Shown in pieces: positions 49,171-54,734 of a DNA stretch of 54,734 bases. The stretch is from NCBI RefSeq assembly GCF_001194135.2, contig NC_068986.1, positions 93,118,854 through 93,173,587 of the forward strand, in the 5' to 3' direction. Source of the stretch: Octopus bimaculoides. Lineage: Eukaryota. Position numbers and translations under genes: made by a program. A model generated the notes under the pieces. That model saw only the letters and a list, made by a program, of their open reading frames with translations. It was not told the origin of the DNA and did not search any database. The first letter of the stretch is position 1. Every line of letters begins with the position of its first letter.

Positions 49171-49962
49171 TCTATTTATTCTTATTATATCAGTGTAGCT
49201 TTGTTGTGGTATCATTTTAATGTTTTGTTTGTCTGTTTTGTAGCTTATGTGTTGTTGGAGTTGTGCTGTGCTGATTGGTGTTTGAGTGTGACCTATGTTT
49301 TGTTGTGTGATGCATTTTCATTTGTTGGTTGTGTAGATATTGTGCTACGTTGTGTTAGATTTCGAAATGATATCTGTGTTGAATACGAGGTGTGTGTGTT
49401 ACTAGTGATGTGCTGTATGTGTTGTAGTATTAGGTGTCGATTAAGTGGGAGTATGTTCTGTGTTATTGAGTGAGGTATTGCGTGTGGGTTGTATTATACT
49501 ATTAAATGATGATAGTATAGGTTATATGTTGTGTGAATTGTTGTTTTATTAACTCATGATTGTATAGAGTTATGGTAACTTGACTGTGGCTCCTGGGCTG
49601 GATGCAGTTTTCGAGGCTACTATCTGCGGCTCCAAGATAATATTGAGTTTCAGTGCTATTTTTCCTAAAATGCTTACTCTAGGGATGCAGGAATGTAGGA
49701 AACTTAGAAACATGGATGTTGCTAAATATATATATATATATATATATATATCATCATCATCANNNNNNNNNNNNNNNNNNNNNNNNNNNNNNNNNNNNNN
49801 NNNNNNNNNNNNNNNNNNNNNNNNNNNNNNNNNNNNNNNNNNNNNNNNNNNNNNNNNNNNNNNNNNNNNNNNNNNNNNNNNNNNNNNNNNNNNNNNNNNN
49901 NNNNNNNNNNNNNNNNNNNNNNNNNNNNNNNNNNNNNNNNNNNNNNNNNNNNNNNNNNNNNN

Positions 49963-50334
49963 TTTTTTACTTGTTTCAGTCATTTGACTGTGGCCATGCT
50001 GGAACACCACCTTTAGTCGAGCAAATCAACTCCAGGACTTATTCTGTGTAAGCCTAGTACTTATTCTATCGGTCTCTTTTGCCGATCCGCTAAGTTATGG
50101 GGACCAGCATCGGTTGTCAAGCGATGTTGGGGGGACAAACACAAACACACATATATATATATATATGTATATACATACATACATACAACGGGCTTCTTTC
50201 AGTTTTCGTCTACCAAATCCACTCACAAGGCTTTGGTCGGCCCGAGGCCATAGTAGAAGACACTTGCCCAAAGTGCCACGCAGTGGGACTGAACCCAGAA
50301 CCATGTGGTTCGTAAGCAAGCTACTTACCACACA
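49963..50334 (-). mobile_element. SINE family A
   Basis: Colinear with 44139-44540. Confidence 0.9.
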
Positions 50335-50479
50335 TCATTTTTTGCGTGGACATGTATGTAAAAATGGAATATATTTGTCTCTTCTGATTATGCAGTTTGG
50401 CCACCCTTAGTATTGGGTATTTGTTGTCGTTACTTTTGTTCAGAGAATGTATTGTATGAGATATGCTTGTGAATTAAAT

Positions 50480-50658
50480 GTGCTTCATACAGATGTGGGC
50501 TGTCAAGCTGGACTAATTTTGGGAACTTGATGTAGAATTGTGTGGTACAGTTTTTAAATTTTTGTTCATATTCTTCTTTATCATATCTTTTACTCCAATT
50601 ATTATTTGTATTATTTTCAATTTCATACCCCACATTCTTCTTGTATCAATTTCAAAAT
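50480..50658 (-). pseudogene. Decayed R4/Dong-type RLE C-terminal fragment
   Basis: DFEIDTRRMWGMKLKIIQIIIGVKDMIKKNMNKNLKTVP parallels DLRIEITKMW...VIPIVIGAL at 31475-31912. Confidence 0.6.
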
Positions 50659-51028
50659 CCTGCCTGACTCCCGTGCTGACCCTGAATTCCTCCGACAATC
50701 TCCCAGCATCGACCTGTGGGAAAGGGCCAACCAGGAGCCTGTACATGTTCAGATTAGACGAAGGAAATGGAGATGGATCGGACACCCACTGCGGAAAGAA
50801 CCCTCAAATGTGACACGACAAGCACTTGACTGGAACCCGCAGGGCAAAAGGAAGCGAGGACGCCCGAAGCAGACATGGAAGCAGAGCATTTTGGACGAGC
50901 TCAGGACCAGCGGCCTGACATGGGAAGCAGCCAAGAAACACACCAATGACCGTAAAAAGTGGAAAATAACTGCTGAGGCCCTATGCTCCCCAAGGGGCAA
51001 GAAGGATTAAGAAGAGAAGAAGAAGAAA
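50659..51028 (+). mobile_element. 5'-truncated RTE LINE with an inverted 5' segment
   Basis: The plus strand from ~50697 reads (I)S.IDLWERANQEPVHVQIRRRKWRWIGHPLRKEPSNVTRQALDWNPQGKRKRGRPKQTW...WKITAEALCSPRGKKD* followed by (GAA)n. The minus strand 50660-50700 reads RLSEEFRVSTGVRQ, the RT GVRQG motif region. Confidence 0.9.
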
Positions 51029-51215
51029 TGGCAGAACTGGTAAAACACGAATGAAAATGCCTTATGTATTTAGTTATATCTTTGCATTCTTAGTTCAAAT
51101 CCCATCGTGTTTGACCTGGTCTTTCATCGTTTTGTGTTTGGTAAAATTCATACCAGTTACAATTGGCCGGATCTATAATTGATTATACCCTCTTCCTAAG
51201 TTCATGGCTTTTTGC
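51029..51215 (+). mobile_element. Diverged SINE family D
   Basis: TGGCAGAACTGGTAAAACA...TAGTTCAAATCCC...GACCTGGTCTTTCATC. A second diverged copy lies near 51375-51560. Confidence 0.65.
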
Positions 51216-51592
51216 TTTTTGATAAATATCATGATGATGATCATCATCATCTTAATTCATCATGAATGGTAGGGGAATCTTCAATGTCATTATCATCATC
51301 ATCATCATCATCATTGTGGTGGCTATCATTATTGTTCATTGAGCAAGATGCATTGAAGAATGTAATTGTGTTAATTTACGTTCTGAGTTCAAACCCCCAC
51401 TGTGACTGACTTTTGTCTTTTCATTCTTCAGAGGAGGGTCAGCAAAAGAAAGGACCCGTCAAGTACTGGTTTTGATTTAATCACCTATGTCCCACTACCC
51501 CCACAACAGCCCATGCCACCCTGGTCCCTTCTTTACAAAATTTGTAGTCTTCTGTCTACATTAGAAAATTACTACTACTATTACTACTGCTG

Positions 51593-51627
<35 letters not shown>

Positions 51628-52099
51628 GCCACCACCACCACCACCACTACTGCATATTACCAACTAGCCCATTTTGGTCTTTTGTTCTGGAAAATACTTT
51701 TAACAAAAAGAAAATTATTTTTGTTTTTGTCATATTTTCTATTTTCTATTCATTACATAATGACTATTTTGATAACAAATTCTAACCAAAGTCAGTCTTT
51801 GTGTGTTGGCATTTATTGTCAAAGACTGGCGAAGAGATGTGGGGAGAAAGATGTACGTGTATGTATGTATGTGCGGTGTATGCACATGTATGTGTGTGCC
51901 CGCGTGTATTAATTTCTGTGTGAGAGTTCTTCCTACGTAATGCTCATTGAATGAAATGGCAGTAATATTTCTCTTCCTTTATCTCCTCTTTATTCTAACC
52001 ATTCCATTACTTGGTGTTTTTATCTTTGGAAGAAAGAGAAAAAAAATGTTCTTTGCTATTCTGATTATACAGTCCATTTCCTCAAAAATGTCCTTTACA

Positions 52100-52130
<31 letters not shown>

Positions 52131-52394
52131 GTAGACATACGTGAGTTTATGTATATACATGGTCATAAATGTGTATGTATGTATGTATGCAAGTGTGTGC
52201 ATGTGTGTGTATGTATCTATACATAATTTTCTTTGCGTATAAATTTATTAACAATTATGTATGTATGCGTATACATCAATATATACATAAATACAATCAT
52301 ACGGATACATGTGTATGTGTTTGTACATATGTGTATGTATCTCTCTCTGTTTGTCTGTCTGTCTATCTATATTTATATATATGTATTTATAAAC

Positions 52395-52466
<72 letters not shown>

Positions 52467-52882
52467 CTTATTTCATGAATGGCTATATTGGTGATGTGTG
52501 TATGTGTGTGCGTGTGTGCTTGCATGCATCCACACACGCATGCATGCACACGTGTGCATTTGTTGATGTAAGGAGTTTTCCCATATTTGTTCTTTAGTTC
52601 ATAGCCATCATGAGCAAGACCACTCCAGAGCACCACCTTCAGAATTGCAGTTAGATAACATTTAAAAGTCTTAGAAGAAACTTTTGCACTGTTTCAGAAT
52701 TCTTTTGGGAAGCAAGATTTAGGACTGAGAACCTTTTAAATACCAAACTGTTGTTTCCCAAGTCTCTGATACGTAAGTTTGAAGAAAACAAAGTTGGGAT
52801 TTGGTTTCCTCCCTTCTTTCTTCATTTTTTTCTTCTTTTGTCTGTCAAAGTTTGGAACAGGGTATTTAAGAATCATCCAAAC

Positions 52883-53045
52883 TGGCATGGCCTTGTGGTT
52901 AAGAAGCTTGTTTTGCAACCACCTGGATTTGGGTTCAGTCTCACTGCATGACACTTTGGGCAAGTGTCTTCTACAATAGCCCTGAGCTGACTAATGTCTT
53001 GTTAGTGAATTTGGTAGATGGAAACTGTGTGGAAGACCATCTTAT
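52883..53045 (+). mobile_element. SINE family A head/core (diverged)
   Basis: GGCATGGCCTTGTGGTTAAG...GGGTTCAGTCTC...TTTGGGCAAGTGTCTTCTAC. Confidence 0.75.
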
Positions 53046-54577
53046 CTGTGTGAGTGTGTGTTTGCTTGCACATGTTTTTTCATGTGTGTCTATGTGTTTG
53101 TTTTACATGTATGATTGCTTGTAGGAAAGTGTGGCAAGCAATGTTGTCAGTTTTCCTTGTCAAGAAATCATCCAGTCACTTTGTGTTTAGGAAGCTGAGT
53201 GGAATAAGAGATCCTTTACTTGAAAATCAAGAAAGGATTAGCATCAAGAAAGATATCCGGTTGTAAAACAATGCCTCAGAATGTTATATTTGCATGACCC
53301 ATGAAAGCATCAAAGAACAAACATAAAATGAATGAGCAAGCATTAGATTAGGGCAGTCGCTGCCTTGAGGCTTCCCTGGCAGAAAGTGTAGACACCATTT
53401 CAAACAGCAATAGAAAATTGATTTTTGGAGATTTGGTTATTAAACTGAACAAGTGAGGGAAGGCATTTGTCCAAGATAGAATCACATGTAGACCCATGTA
53501 GCTGCAAATCAAATTTCCTTCATGTCACAGTCATGTAGAACTACTTACGTGTCTTTGCTTTATATGAGAGAGAAGTGTGGTTTGAGGGATATTTTAGCTA
53601 CTATTTATAGCAGCTTGTATGTGTGACTTCACACATTTGTTATTAAGAATTTAATTTAATCTGGTGTCCTTATGACATATCTAACCGACTCTCACTGCAA
53701 CCTGCTGCTAATGCAGAGAATTGCATACATGTTGATGTTGTACTCTGCTGCATATTACTGACATATTTGATTAATGCACATGCTGCACAGTTACTGGTGA
53801 TGCAGTATTTACTTCGTATTTTTTAATTGCATTTTGGTCAATTAATTGCTTGTCTTTAACTACAACAACAATAAAAACAACAAAAAGATATAAATTGTTC
53901 ATGTAAGTGTTGTTTATGTTTTCACATAACTATTATCTGTCTTCCTCCGACACATGCTGTCGTCTATTCTACTCTTCTCTCTATTTTATTTCTTCTGTTT
54001 CATTCTTCCATTTTTCTTCTACTTCCCTCATCATTTCTCTCGTCTTCCTACTTAGTGCAAATCTATTTCTATAGACTTAATGTATACAGTTCTAATTAAA
54101 AAGCTAACTACAAATAACTACGAGGGAATAACCATGAGGAGAAAAAACAATATCAATCAATGATAAATTTTATTTTGGTTCTTTCACAACCATGGGAGAC
54201 AACTATTGACATTTTAATATTATTAAACCTTCTCAGCATTATTGCCAAGTTAATGATGAGCAAACCATGAAGTGGGTGTGCACTGATTAATTGAACTTCC
54301 TGCATTTGTTGTCCAGTTCTAAAACATATGATATTGCAAAATCATACTAATGTTGTTTACATTCATTTTGAAGGAAATGAGAAACTCTCTAATGGAAAGG
54401 AGAAAATTGTAATCTCTTACTCTCTCATTGATTACACTTCTGTAATGGAATCATTACGGAATCGGTATGAGATGTTTTGGTACAGTTGTTTTGGCGCTGC
54501 TTAATTGGAGACATCACCGATTCAATGCTAACTTACTTGACATCAGACATTTTAATGTTTATCTCATTCTCTTCTTC

Positions 54578-54734
54578 TCTCCCCATCTCTCTCTCTCTCC
54601 CCATCTCTCTCTCTCCCCATCTCTCTCTTCCCCCATCTCTCTCTTCCCCCATCTCTCTCTCTTACCCCATCTCTCTCTCTTCCCCCATCTCTCTCTCTTA
54701 CCCACATCTCTCTCTCCCTCTCCCCCTCTCTCTC
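54578..54734. repeat. CT-rich ~15-17-bp minisatellite (CCCCATCTCTCTCT..)n
   Basis: Read directly. It runs to the window end. Confidence 0.9.

Overview
AT-rich, repeat-saturated metazoan genomic DNA from a draft assembly with 16 N-gaps. The SINE/LINE families look like those I recall from octopus/coleoid cephalopod genomes, but this is recognition and not a database result. No host protein-coding gene can be supported. Nearly all ORFs in the track are microsatellite or N-gap artefacts, and the recognisable peptides are decayed transposon fragments: mariner, hAT, RTE-type, Tx1/L1-type, and R4/Dong-type restriction-like endonuclease. The window is probably intergenic or a very large intron, with one weak candidate exon at 31226-31324 (-). 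The most interesting signal is RNA-structural. At 27500-28005 a ~500-bp head-to-head palindrome holds two copies of a unit made of a tRNA-like Pol III head, a (TAA)n linker and a Penelope-type minimal hammerhead ribozyme with a palindromic helix III. Further hammerhead remnants with different stem sequences lie at 14948-14990, 32043-32085 and 40863-40885, with weaker traces at 538 and 29917. Other notable items are an RTE insertion with a 5' inversion (50659-51028), a tandem SINE array embedded in (TAA)n, and a 58-bp TIR-only mariner relic. Repeat boundaries were read by eye and are approximate to about 10-20 bp unless stated. SINE family labels A-E are my own working names.
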